Shown here piece by piece: positions 1-9,633 of a stretch of DNA of 64,000 nt. A program made the translations under genes and the position numbers. Under the pieces are notes generated by a model. That model was not told the DNA's origin. It saw only the letters and a list, made by a program, of their open reading frames with translations, and searched no databases. Origin of the DNA: an uncultured archaeon. Its GTDB lineage: Archaea > Iainarchaeota > Iainarchaeia > Iainarchaeales > 1-14-0-10-31-34. The stretch is taken from the NCBI GenBank assembly GCA_964608675.1, contig CAZSOZ010000003.1, positions 32,001 to 96,000 of the forward strand, written 5' to 3'. Each line of letters begins with the position of its first letter. The stretch's first letter is position 1.

Positions 1-2
1 AA

Positions 3-464
3 ATTCATTATTTAAAAGATTCACTTGAATCTAATTCAGGGAATTCAGGAAGAGGATTATATTATATTATGGACATAAAGAAAGCTGAAGGAAATGAAAT
101 GAATAAAATGATTTTTGCTTTGGCTCCAAGGAAAACTCCTGAACAGTTTATGGCTGCTGCTTCTTTTGACACTGAAGCAGACATAAAATTTTTTGATTTT
201 CAAGAATTAACCAGCAATAACTGTGATGAATTTAATGCTCCTGCTTGTTCTTCAATTAATCTTTATGATTCAAATATTTTGCTTGACCCTCAGGCTTTGC
301 TTCCATCTAATGCATACGTTCTATTAAAAGAAGTTGTGTCAGGAGAAACAACTGTTTATGTTATTCCCTGCAGTAACAGGCAGGGTTCTGATTGCAGGGT
401 GCTGTTTGAAAGAGCAGGCAATAAAATTCGTGAAGAGGGATTTAATTGTTCTTATGCAGATTGA
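3..464 (+). CDS. 5'-truncated hypothetical protein, first gene of a pilin-like cluster
   Basis: Frame is open from base 3 (IHYLKDSLESNSGNSGRGLYYIMD...), so the gene starts upstream of the window. Paired Cys suggest an extracellular protein. Its TGA overlaps the TTG of the next gene. Confidence 0.6.
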   Translation: MHYLKDSLESNSGNSGRGLYYIMDIKKAEGNEMNKMIFALAPRKTPEQFMAAASFDTEADIKFFDFQELTSNNCDEFNAPACSSINLYDSNILLDPQALLPSNAYVLLKEVVSGETTVYVIPCSNRQGSDCRVLFERAGNKIREEGFNCSYAD

Positions 465-946
465 ACCAGAAAGCATATCTTGGCCCGATTGGAGATGACC
501 TTCCTTCTTTGATTCCTTTAATGTTTGCTTTGGTGATTTTCTTTTCTTCTTTTTATTCTGCAGTAAATGTTTATAATGACAGGACAGTTGATTTTGAAAA
601 CGATATCGCGGTCGTGCAAATTTCTGCTTCTTTAAGGGGAACAGGATTAGTTTCTTCTTTGGAGCAGTTTCATAATTCCTGCAATGCATTAAATGTCAGA
701 CAGCCTTATTTTTCTGCGGGCTTAATTGACTTAAACAAAGATGTTAATATATTTGATTTAAGGGAAAATTATTTGTTTGAAGGCAGTGAATTATATGAAT
801 GTTCTAATGTTGTTCCTGAAAAAATTTTAACCAAAGAAAAAGTCCTTCAGCCTAATTCAAAGGTTGTTGTAAGAACTTATCCGTTAATTCTTCAAAGAAA
901 CGAAGTTTCTTTGCCTGTAAAGCTGGTGGTTGTTGCATGGGAATAA
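461..946 (+). CDS. Pilin-like protein with probable class III signal peptide
   Basis: TTG at 461 overlaps the upstream stop (TTGA). N-terminus MNQKA/YLGPIGDDLPSLIPLMFALVIFFSSF is a short basic leader plus hydrophobic helix. Ends in a beta-strand (VKLVVVAWE). Confidence 0.6.
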   Translation: MNQKAYLGPIGDDLPSLIPLMFALVIFFSSFYSAVNVYNDRTVDFENDIAVVQISASLRGTGLVSSLEQFHNSCNALNVRQPYFSAGLIDLNKDVNIFDLRENYLFEGSELYECSNVVPEKILTKEKVLQPNSKVVVRTYPLILQRNEVSLPVKLVVVAWE

Positions 947-1656
947 TGAATTCAAGAGGACAGGCTGCAATAACTGATGCATTGTTTTTTTTGGTTATTG
1001 TAATGTCTTTGGTTGTATTTCTTTTCTTTTTTACTTCTCAGTACGGCAGAAGTGTAGGGGAATATTCTGATTCAAAGTATAGCTCTGATTATGCTTCCAG
1101 TGCACTGAAAACTGTTTTATATTCTTCTTTTGCAAGAGACGGTCTTCCTTTGTGTATTGAAGAAAGCTGTTCAAAGGAAGTCGATTTTTTGATTGCTGCA
1201 ATTAAAGAAGATTATGCTGACGACAAAAACATTAATTATTTTAAGGATGAATTAACTGAATCAATTAAATTGGTTATGAAGCCTGTAAGAAATTCTTTTG
1301 ATTTCATGCTGTTCATTAAAATTTCTTCTGATTCTGTTCCTAAATACCCTTATTTTTTTATTTCAAGAAAAGAGTTTTCTTATCAGGATCAAGGGCCTTT
1401 TGTTTCTGATGTTCAGTCTGAAGAAAAAAATTATTACTGTAATGTTTCTCAGAGTTCTTCTTTTAATCAAAATAAAATAGATGAATTTATTGTTTTTACC
1501 GGAGTAAAAGGACTGGCTGTTTCTTCTTTGTGGTTTCCTTTGGTTAATACAATCGAATACGATAAAGGAGAAATTGATTTGATTTTATGGAATCCCAAAG
1601 ATTTTAATGAAAGCCAAAAAGTGTTTAAAGAATTGGACTGCCAGCTGATTGAATAA
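946..1656 (+). CDS. Archaeal type IV pilin-like protein (class III signal peptide)
   Basis: ATG at 946 (TAATG overlap). MNSRG/QAAITDALFFLVIVMSLVVFLFFF fits the [KR]G/Q-x-x-x-[DE]-like prepilin motif followed by a hydrophobic helix. Confidence 0.75.
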   Translation: MNSRGQAAITDALFFLVIVMSLVVFLFFFTSQYGRSVGEYSDSKYSSDYASSALKTVLYSSFARDGLPLCIEESCSKEVDFLIAAIKEDYADDKNINYFKDELTESIKLVMKPVRNSFDFMLFIKISSDSVPKYPYFFISRKEFSYQDQGPFVSDVQSEEKNYYCNVSQSSSFNQNKIDEFIVFTGVKGLAVSSLWFPLVNTIEYDKGEIDLILWNPKDFNESQKVFKELDCQLIE

Positions 1657-2457
1657 TTATTTTTTGGTTACGTGTCCGCAGTGAGGACACAAATATTTTG
1701 TTTTGTTTCCTTCTTTGTGTTTTATTTTTGTGCATTTGTCGCAGTAAGCGTTTCCGCATTTGGAGCAAAAAATCAGTTCATTAAATTGCTGTCCGCAGTT
1801 AATGCATTTTCCTTTTTCTTTTTTTTCTGTTTCTTTTTGTGATTCAATGGTTTTTTTTTGAATTCCTTTTTTTTCTTCACTTAAATCCAAATCTAATTTA
1901 AATCCTTCAATTTCTTTTTTTTTCAGTTTCCCTGTTTTTGCTGGTTTTGTTTCTCCAAGCAAATCTTTGATGTTTGTTCCTTTCATTTCCGGAAACTCAA
2001 TTTCATTTTTTTCTTCTGTTTTTTCTTTTCTTTTTCTTTCTGTTTCTTTTTTTGTTTCTTCTTTTTTGTTTTCTTTTTTTTCTGTTTCTGTTTTTTTAGG
2101 TTCTTCTTTGATTTCTTTTCTTTCTTTTAGTCTTTCCATTCTTCTTTTTTTCCATAAAGGAATTTCTTCTTTTCCTTCTTTTTTTCCTGCAATTTTTTTT
2201 GATATTTCTTCTGCTTTCTTTTTTTTCTTGTTCTTTTTTTCCTGTTTTTTTTGTTTTTTTTCTTGTTCTTTTCTTTTCATTTGTTCAAATATTGTTTCAG
2301 CTATTTTTTCCGGTTTCTCTTTTTGTATTTTAAGTTTTTCATTAAAATCTTTTTGTTTTTTTTTGGAAAGACTTTTAAGATTTTCAGATAACTTTTTTTC
2401 TTTTATATTTTTTTTCCTGTGAAATCTTTTAAGCCTTCGGGGTATTTTTTCTGCCAT
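1657..2457 (-). CDS. Lys/Glu-rich low-complexity protein with C-terminal 8-Cys zinc finger
   Basis: About 200 aa rich in K/E, then CINC..CSKC..CDKC..CPHC. Confidence 0.7.
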   Translation of the reverse strand: MAEKIPRRLKRFHRKKNIKEKKLSENLKSLSKKKQKDFNEKLKIQKEKPEKIAETIFEQMKRKEQEKKQKKQEKKNKKKKKAEEISKKIAGKKEGKEEIPLWKKRRMERLKERKEIKEEPKKTETEKKENKKEETKKETERKRKEKTEEKNEIEFPEMKGTNIKDLLGETKPAKTGKLKKKEIEGFKLDLDLSEEKKGIQKKTIESQKETEKKEKGKCINCGQQFNELIFCSKCGNAYCDKCTKIKHKEGNKTKYLCPHCGHVTKK

Positions 2458-2511
2458 ACATTAAATTAAAGCATTAGTTATTTATATTAGTTTTCTCTTA
2501 TTTTTCCTGTT

Positions 2512-3048
2512 ATGCCTAATAATTTTTTTATTGACTTGCTGGTATCTGTTTTTGATTTCCTTAGAGGAGCCTTTCTGCTTTCGGTTGTTATTTTTTTTCT
2601 TTTTTTAATCGGCTATTTTTTTTCCAGAAAAATTTTGGAAAAAAAATTTAATTTAAGCTGGATGCAGAAAACTTTTTTGAGCAGTTTTTTTGTTTTTGTT
2701 TTGCTTTTACTGGTTTTTTTTGTTTGGCCTGTAATTGAAGCTTTTTTGGCTGTTGATTTAGGTGTTGTCCCTGAACCTTTGAAGATGACTTTGCCTGAAT
2801 TTTTTTATTTAATTGTCTCTCTTTTAGTTAAGCTTATTGTCGCTTCTTTTATTTTTTCTTTGCTTGTTTTGCCTTTGGCTTTTTTTGGGGTTTTTGTTTT
2901 TGATTTTATTTCCAAAAGGTTTAACTGGAATACGTTCATTAATTTCTTTTTAGCATGTTTTGCTTCAACCATTTTAGGGTATTTTTTGGTTTTGTTTTTG
3001 TTTCCATGGATTATTGCAGGAGCATTGTATTTGGTGTATTTTGGGTGA
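2512..3048 (+). CDS. Hypothetical polytopic membrane protein
   Basis: 4-5 hydrophobic segments. Ends 4 nt before the large surface protein gene. Confidence 0.7.
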   Translation: MPNNFFIDLLVSVFDFLRGAFLLSVVIFFLFLIGYFFSRKILEKKFNLSWMQKTFLSSFFVFVLLLLVFFVWPVIEAFLAVDLGVVPEPLKMTLPEFFYLIVSLLVKLIVASFIFSLLVLPLAFFGVFVFDFISKRFNWNTFINFFLACFASTILGYFLVLFLFPWIIAGALYLVYFG

Positions 3049-3052
3049 ATGA

Positions 3053-6000
3053 ATGAATAAAGTAAACGTTTTTTGGTCGGCATTTATTATTTCTTTGCTG
3101 TTGAATGTTCCGTTGTTTTATGCTGTAAGTTCAAATGAATTTTATTTTCAGGATGAATCTGAATTAATTGAAGAACCAGTTAACACTTTTTCTTGTTCTC
3201 AGAGTTCTCTTTCTCCTGAAGAAATTCAGGCTTTTCAGGAAAACATTCTTGAAACAGGTTTTTCGGGAGAAAATCTTTCTGCAGGCTCACAGCCTTTAAA
3301 GGATCGTGAAACACTTGAAAATAATACTGCTTTGCTTGTTTCTCCTGATTCAAATATTGCACAAAAAGTTGAGCTTCCTAATCAGGAGATTTCAGCTGAA
3401 GAAGTTTCTTATCTTTTAAATAATCGTTATGATGGAGCTTATTCTTTTGGTTTGCTTTTGAATGATTCTCTTAGATTAGGCCAGTGCAGGGATAATTCAG
3501 CTGACTGTCCTTTAATGGGAAACAATTTAACTTATAGAACTGATGGAGAGGGATTTAAAGAAGATTTTGTTTCTGTTTGGGGGGATTTAAAGGGAGTGGT
3601 TAATGACTGGTTTGGAAGCAAAAAAGATGTTCCTGGCGAACAGCTTCCTGAAGAAACAAAACAAAGGATTAAGGATTATTTTGAAGCTGGAGCTGAAGAA
3701 GATGTTGAAGGAACAATTGTTAAAAAAGTTCCCGGCGAATACATGTCTAACAGTGTTTTAACTGATGAATTCACTGCTTCTATGGGAACAACATGCAGGG
3801 ATTCTTCTTGTACTATTTCTTTGTATTCTTTTTTTGATAAGCATTTCAATCAATGGTTTTCTTCTAATATGGTGGTTCAGACTGCAGGTCCTACTTTGTT
3901 GTTTGGAGCAAAAAAATTGTTTGGCTTGAGTGCAAGAAGAGGTTTGTTTGGAGCCCAGTTTATTGATGTTGAAAACACTAATTTAGTTAAGAATATGAGA
4001 ATGAAAATTTGGGGTCCTGATTCTTTTTTTTCAGAAAAACTTGGTTCAAGGATTATTCAGCAAAAAAACAAGTATGATGGTTTTCCAGAGTTCTATAAAG
4101 AGTTTGTTCAGAATTCTCTTTATGAAAAAGGAATGGCTGACAGCGACGACACTTCAAGGATTCTTGCTAAATTTCTTGACCCTAAAACTTCTCCTTTGTA
4201 TACTAATGGAACGATTTCAATTGAAAAAAAGAAGGCTTTTGTGCAGTTAGCAAAAGACCTTAAAAGATATACTACTACTGCGGATTGGTATGGTCAGGCA
4301 GCAAAAAGGGAAATGGATGACATAATTGAAGTTTTTGGAAGAGAGTCTCCTCAGGGAATTGAAGCAAGAAGATTATATGGAGCAAAAATGTCCAGATTGT
4401 ATGGAAAGTTTGATGATGATTTGGATGCAGATTTCCCTAATATGATTGCAATGCAGGAAAGGCTTGGATTATGGAATAAAGGATTAAAGAATGCCAGAAC
4501 AGGAAACGTTCAAACTATTGCTGCTGACAGCGATGTATGGAACAACATAATGAAATGGTTTGGTGGACACGGAAAATATGATTTTTCTTTAAGGGATGTA
4601 ACTGATTTTGAGCCCGGAACTTTTGCTAATGCTGCAAGGCACTGGCATGTAAGAGGAGATGATTTAGTTTATTATAAACTTAAACCTACTTTGACTTCTG
4701 ATGTTATTCCAAGAGGAGACTTAAAGGCATGGGTTGCAAAATCAAAGACTGATGATCTTTATGCTAATATTCCTGGTCATGGATTTATTGAAATAAGGGA
4801 TAATACAAAAGATTTTATTTTAGAGCAGGTTCCCGGGGACGTAAGAATTTATAAAGGTTCTTGGTCTGAAGCTGGAGCTCTTAAACCTGAACAAATGGGT
4901 GACCTTCTTGCAGATAAACCGACTAAAAGGCTTCAGAAGGCTTCTGCTATGAATGAACAGTTATGGGGGGCTTTAAGAGAAAAAAATTGGGCTGAAAGAA
5001 AATACTTTAATGCTATGGATAAAATTTTTGCTAATGAAGAAAGGCTGGCTAATGCTTATTTTAGGAGTGTTGGAGGAGCAGCAAAATATACTGTGGTTCC
5101 TTATATTTACTGGCAGGCAAAAAGAGGTTTTGGTGTTGATGAATTAAGTGCTTATATGCTTCCTGAAACATGGAGGACAGTGCATTATTCTTCTGGAGAA
5201 GACAAATTGTATGACGATGCTTTTATTGATTTTTTTGCTAATTCAGGTTCTGATGACGGAGACCTGTTTATTAGGGTAATTGACAATCTTCCATGGAAAT
5301 ATGTTTTGAATACTTTGTCTGAAAAATTTAATCTTGTTAAACAACAGTATGACCGTTATACTAAACCTAATGGAGGGCTTAGAACTGAAGTGGGAAACAT
5401 TGCAGTTTATTCTAATACTTCTGAGAACTGTATTGGATGTGGCATTACTTTGAATTCTTCTTCTGCAAATGATTTTCTTGCTTTATTTAAGTCTGGAAGC
5501 AGGACTTCTTCTATTGTTTTAGAGGATACTCCGAAAGACGAGCAAAAGAATGGTGCAGTATTAATTAATTATGCTCATCATCTTGATTTGCAGGGAAAAA
5601 CTCCTGAAGGAGTCCCTGAAAAAATTAATTTAAGTGAATCAGTTTCTGAAAATAATACTTGTCAGGATGCAATAGAGGAAGCAGGTTATGGAGTTGGATT
5701 TGCAAACAAACATGGAATTAATCCTGGTTTTTATTTGGCTTCAGCTGAAGCTGCTTCTTATCTTATTTTTGGAATGGGAGGAGCAATTGTTACTGCTGTC
5801 CAGCAGTTTGTTGTTGCATCAAAATTGCAGGGTTGTGTTGATTCAAGTGAAGGTTATTATACTCATTTTTTTGTTCCTGCTTTTGAAGAAGAAGAACCTC
5901 CTAAAGAAAACACTGTTGAGTATTCAACTCAAAAGGTTTCTAATTTAATTGATGATGCTTCTTCTCAATTAGAATCTTTTTTTACTGGAACAGGAACTTT

Positions 6001-7525
6001 AACTCAGGATGCAGTTGATAATGTTAAAAGAGAACTTGATTCTCTTTCAAGAGGAGCAAAGAGCTCTGATTTAGTTCAGGCAACTTATGATACTTATGGT
6101 TTTTCCAGAGGCATGATGTCTGGAATAAGATTGTTTTATTTTTGGGTTGCTGGAGGCACAAACATTGAGCCTGCAGAATATAAAACTAAAGGAAAAACTG
6201 TAATTGAAGGAGTAAACGGGCAGACTGCTGTTTCAGACAACGAAAAAGGAAATTTGGTTGTTGATGGAAAAGAAGTGTTGAATTCTGAAGATCATGTTAG
6301 AATGGCTTCAACTGATTTAGCAATTCCTGCGACTGCTTATCCTAATGATTTGAGTATGACAAGATTTTCAGGGAATCCTTCTCAATTGGTTTTTGAATTA
6401 AAGATGTCTCCTTTGGGGGATTCAGCTGACATTGTTGTTCAAGATAAAGATTTATTGGATTGTATTAAGGAAGGAGTTTTAAAGCAGACAGGCTTGTCTT
6501 TGAATTCAGCTAATTTAAGTGAAGCTTTTGGTAAATTCAAAGAATTAAAGACTTCAACTCATTCAAGTGTTTTTGTGCAGGATGGAAAAATTGTTGCTGA
6601 AGGAATTCCAAGAAAAACTGCTTTTAATGAACCTGGTTTGGAGGTTTATGGAGACAGAAGCGTTAAATTGTTGAATTCCAAAGACGAGGATCCTGACATA
6701 GGAAAATTAACTGCAATGTATTTTGATAACGGTTATTTTATTTATAAAGAATCCACTAATGAATTTATTTTTTGGTTAAGACATCATGAAAAAGGAAAAC
6801 TAGAACAAGAAGATGTTTTTGGATTAAATGTTTCTCCTAAAATGCAGACTAATCCTGTCACTGGATGTGAAGAGTATGTGTTTGATATGAAAGTTTTAGG
6901 AGACCCTGAGTCTCCTGCTAAATCAGAGAAAGCAAGATTGTTTAATGAGTCTTTGAATAAAATGGGTCCTTTTAGTACATTTAAAACAGATAAAAAAACT
7001 TATGTTTTTTATGAAGATGAAGACTGTAAAATTCATTTAAGAATTATTGATAATGAAACAGGAAAAATTGAGTATGATGAATTAATTGATTCTTTGGATT
7101 CAACTGCTGATGGATTTAATGTAAAAACTGCTGACGGACAAAGTCATGACTTTGGTTTTTCAACTGAAAACGGAAGGCCTTTCCTTGACTATAACGGAAT
7201 AAAAGAATTATTGAGAACTGTTTCAGGACAAAATGGAAGCATGTGGTATGACCCAGAAAAAGGTTTATGGTATGCAGAAAACGCTCAGCTGTTGCCTTTG
7301 CTTGATTTGTTTAGAACTGAAGGTCTTAAGTTAACAGTTGAAGATAATGTTGCAAAAGGAGTTCCTGGAGCCAACACTATGAACATTAATTTGAATGACA
7401 AGACTGCAAACAATCCTTTTAATTTGCCTTCTTTGCCTGAATCTCTTTTGGGTTTAAGCTTGTTTTTTGTTTCTTTGATTGCATGCATGTTTTTGATTCA
7501 GTTTTCAGTTAAAAAGAAAAAGTAA
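3053..7525 (+). CDS. Large (1490 aa) secreted, C-terminally membrane-anchored protein of unknown function
   Basis: N-terminal signal peptide, paired Cys, and a C-terminal TM helix followed by KKKK. Confidence 0.85.
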   Translation: MNKVNVFWSAFIISLLLNVPLFYAVSSNEFYFQDESELIEEPVNTFSCSQSSLSPEEIQAFQENILETGFSGENLSAGSQPLKDRETLENNTALLVSPDSNIAQKVELPNQEISAEEVSYLLNNRYDGAYSFGLLLNDSLRLGQCRDNSADCPLMGNNLTYRTDGEGFKEDFVSVWGDLKGVVNDWFGSKKDVPGEQLPEETKQRIKDYFEAGAEEDVEGTIVKKVPGEYMSNSVLTDEFTASMGTTCRDSSCTISLYSFFDKHFNQWFSSNMVVQTAGPTLLFGAKKLFGLSARRGLFGAQFIDVENTNLVKNMRMKIWGPDSFFSEKLGSRIIQQKNKYDGFPEFYKEFVQNSLYEKGMADSDDTSRILAKFLDPKTSPLYTNGTISIEKKKAFVQLAKDLKRYTTTADWYGQAAKREMDDIIEVFGRESPQGIEARRLYGAKMSRLYGKFDDDLDADFPNMIAMQERLGLWNKGLKNARTGNVQTIAADSDVWNNIMKWFGGHGKYDFSLRDVTDFEPGTFANAARHWHVRGDDLVYYKLKPTLTSDVIPRGDLKAWVAKSKTDDLYANIPGHGFIEIRDNTKDFILEQVPGDVRIYKGSWSEAGALKPEQMGDLLADKPTKRLQKASAMNEQLWGALREKNWAERKYFNAMDKIFANEERLANAYFRSVGGAAKYTVVPYIYWQAKRGFGVDELSAYMLPETWRTVHYSSGEDKLYDDAFIDFFANSGSDDGDLFIRVIDNLPWKYVLNTLSEKFNLVKQQYDRYTKPNGGLRTEVGNIAVYSNTSENCIGCGITLNSSSANDFLALFKSGSRTSSIVLEDTPKDEQKNGAVLINYAHHLDLQGKTPEGVPEKINLSESVSENNTCQDAIEEAGYGVGFANKHGINPGFYLASAEAASYLIFGMGGAIVTAVQQFVVASKLQGCVDSSEGYYTHFFVPAFEEEEPPKENTVEYSTQKVSNLIDDASSQLESFFTGTGTLTQDAVDNVKRELDSLSRGAKSSDLVQATYDTYGFSRGMMSGIRLFYFWVAGGTNIEPAEYKTKGKTVIEGVNGQTAVSDNEKGNLVVDGKEVLNSEDHVRMASTDLAIPATAYPNDLSMTRFSGNPSQLVFELKMSPLGDSADIVVQDKDLLDCIKEGVLKQTGLSLNSANLSEAFGKFKELKTSTHSSVFVQDGKIVAEGIPRKTAFNEPGLEVYGDRSVKLLNSKDEDPDIGKLTAMYFDNGYFIYKESTNEFIFWLRHHEKGKLEQEDVFGLNVSPKMQTNPVTGCEEYVFDMKVLGDPESPAKSEKARLFNESLNKMGPFSTFKTDKKTYVFYEDEDCKIHLRIIDNETGKIEYDELIDSLDSTADGFNVKTADGQSHDFGFSTENGRPFLDYNGIKELLRTVSGQNGSMWYDPEKGLWYAENAQLLPLLDLFRTEGLKLTVEDNVAKGVPGANTMNINLNDKTANNPFNLPSLPESLLGLSLFFVSLIACMFLIQFSVKKKK

Positions 7526-8479
7526 TTATTTTTTTCCTGCTCTTTTTCTTAGTTGTTCAAAGTATGCTTCTCTTTTTTTTTGTATTTCTGAAAGCCTGTT
7601 TTTTGACAGCCTGTAATTTTTTTCGTGGTCTTTATGTAATTCTATTGCTTTGGTTAATGCAAGGTATTTCATTTTAGCTAAATTGCTTTTGTATTCTCTT
7701 AAATATGGAAGTCTAATGAATTCACCAGGATTTAACTTGAATCCAAATCTTTCTAATCCGGTTATTCTGCAGAATTCTTCAAATGGTTTTCCTACTTTTT
7801 CAAATAATGCTTGATAATTCATTTTGTCTGCAAATTTATTGTGGTTTTTTATCAGGTTCTGCAGGGTTCCTTCATATTTTTTTAAAAGAATTCCGTTTTC
7901 CCATGCTTTTCCTGCTTGTTTTGCTTTTTCAACTATTTCGTTCCATTTTTTTGTTCCTTTTAATTTGTTTATTCTGTCTAAATTGTTTTTGAAGGGATCT
8001 GTAGGATGAACAAAGTTTGCGTCCCCCCAGAATTCTTTTCTGAATTCAGGTGAACCTCTTAATAAAACTAAAAGCTTGTGTCTTTTTAGTGCTTCTTTTT
8101 CTGCTTGAATTCTTGCAATATTTTCGCTTACTTTTTCTCTTATTTTTTTTTCTTCTTGTTTAATTTTTCTTTCATAGTATCTTCGTGTTTCGTCTTCCAT
8201 TATTTCTTTCAAACTTAAATTTGATTTTTTTTTGATTTTTTGGGTTCCTTTTTTTTCTCCGTAAATGTGAATATGAGTACTGTCTCCTATTTTAACTTTT
8301 TTTCCAGGAATTTTTTTTCCTTTTCCGTCATCAATAATAAATTTTGAAGGCTTCTTTTTTACGTTTACTGTATCGCCTTCTACTTCCAGGTTTGTTTTCA
8401 TTCCGGGAACTTTAACTGTAGGGGTTTTTTTCTTTTTTTTTCTTTTTGGTTTGGGTCTTCTTCCTATTCCTCCAGGCGT
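7526..8479 (-). CDS. Basic orphan protein; start uncertain (ACG at 8479, or ATG at 8401)
   Basis: Frame is open upstream of the 8401 ATG as far as 8509. Shares the VPGMKTNLE(V/I)EGD motif with the upstream ORF. Confidence 0.7.
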   Translation of the reverse strand, partial: TPGGIGRRPKPKRKKKKKTPTVKVPGMKTNLEVEGDTVNVKKKPSKFIIDDGKGKKIPGKKVKIGDSTHIHIYGEKKGTQKIKKKSNLSLKEIMEDETRRYYERKIKQEEKKIREKVSENIARIQAEKEALKRHKLLVLLRGSPEFRKEFWGDANFVHPTDPFKNNLDRINKLKGTKKWNEIVEKAKQAGKAWENGILLKKYEGTLQNLIKNHNKFADKMNYQALFEKVGKPFEEFCRITGLERFGFKLNPGEFIRLPYLREYKSNLAKMKYLALTKAIELHKDHEKNYRLSKNRLSEIQKKREAYFEQLRKRAGKK

Positions 8480-8616
8480 TTTTAATCCCTTCTTTTTTAT
8501 TTTTTTCTTTTAACTATAGGTTTTTTTGGAATTTTCCCTATGTTTATTGTAATAGGTTTTCTTTGTACGTTTACTCTGTCGCCTTCTATTTCTAAGTTTG
8601 TTTTCATTCCCGGAAC
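8360..8616. repeat. Imperfect 51-nt direct repeat (8360-8410 and 8566-8616)
   Basis: 45/51 identical by manual alignment. Encodes VPGMKTNLE(V/I)EGD(T/R)VNV. Confidence 0.9.
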
Positions 8617-8721
8617 CCTTGTGTTTGGTTTTTTTCCGTTTGCCGGCGGTTTTCTTTTATGCTTTTTTACTTTAATTGGTTTCCTTTTTTTTGGAACTGG
8701 CCTTCTTCTTGGTGCTGGCAT
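8497..8721 (-). CDS. Small highly basic protein (MPAPRRRPVPKKRK...)
   Basis: GGAGG SD is well spaced from the ATG at 8721. Paralogous motif shared with the downstream ORF. Confidence 0.65.
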   Translation of the reverse strand: MPAPRRRPVPKKRKPIKVKKHKRKPPANGKKPNTRVPGMKTNLEIEGDRVNVQRKPITINIGKIPKKPIVKRKK

Positions 8722-8784
8722 AAATTTCATCCTCCTTTATTTGTTATTTATTTTATATTTTTCTTTTTTTATTAAATCTTGTTT

Positions 8785-9534
8785 TTAAGTGTACATTGGT
8801 GTTTGGCCTTCAAATTTTTCTACTTTGCTGGATGTTTTTTTTATGTTATTGAAATGTTTTAATAGTTCTTTTTCTGTTTTTTTTGCTTCGTTTAATAACG
8901 GTTTTGTGTCTACTTCCAGTGAAAGCATTTTTGAAAGTTTTTCCAGAATTCGTGCTGCTGATTTGTAGTCTGCCTGCAAATTAACGCTTCCTAAAAGGCT
9001 TATTGCTTCAAAGTTTTCTTCTTTTTTTAATTGCAGTAAAATTAATGAAGTTATTCCTGTTGTAATTCCTTCTTTTATTGGTTCAATGCCGTGTTTTTTT
9101 AGTACTTCTAATGATTTTTGGTTTGAAGCTATCCCGTAAATTTTGTTTTGTTCTTTTGCTCCTGTATTAATTCCTTCAATTGAAATAAGTCTTGCAAAAT
9201 TGTTTTCTTCAATCCATTCAACTATTGCTTTTGCCATTTTGTCTGCATAATATTTCGGCACAATTTGTTCTGAAATAATTATTGCAATTTTTTTTTCTTC
9301 GTTAACATAAATTCTTGAAGGATTAACGGGTTTTCCTTCATGGATTCTTATTATTGGAATAAAAATATTTGTTTCAATATGACCTGCTTCTTTGAAGTTC
9401 ATTTTTTCTGCTAGATATTTTGCACCTATTGTTCCAACTAATCCCATTCCGGGAAAGCCTTCAATTAATGTGTATCCTGAAAAATTTACCGGCGTTTTTT
9501 CTATAAATTCTATTTTCATTTCTTCTTTTATCAT
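8785..9534 (-). CDS. PAC2-family proteasome assembly chaperone
   Basis: LIEGFPGMGLVGTIGAKYL N-terminal motif, GITTGIT and ADYKSAA motifs. Confidence 0.9.
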   Translation of the reverse strand: MIKEEMKIEFIEKTPVNFSGYTLIEGFPGMGLVGTIGAKYLAEKMNFKEAGHIETNIFIPIIRIHEGKPVNPSRIYVNEEKKIAIIISEQIVPKYYADKMAKAIVEWIEENNFARLISIEGINTGAKEQNKIYGIASNQKSLEVLKKHGIEPIKEGITTGITSLILLQLKKEENFEAISLLGSVNLQADYKSAARILEKLSKMLSLEVDTKPLLNEAKKTEKELLKHFNNIKKTSSKVEKFEGQTPMYT

Positions 9535-9633
9535 TATAACCCCTTTTTTTAATAAAAAAGGCTTTTAGTCTTTATTAAAGTATGTTTTTTTTTCCAGCAA
9601 GTTTTTTAAAGATCTGAATTTATTATTATTCTT

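Noticed and set aside
1800-2420. Long poly-T/A tracts as phase-variation sites
   Set aside because: They occur throughout the window as poly-Lys codons and leave frames intact. Only the 8500 and 15797 tracts coincide with frame breaks.
1967-2422. 151-aa Phe/Ser-rich ORF, and the many similar antisense ORFs in the track
   Set aside because: These are shadow frames of Lys/Glu-rich genes on the opposite strand, with no motifs of their own.
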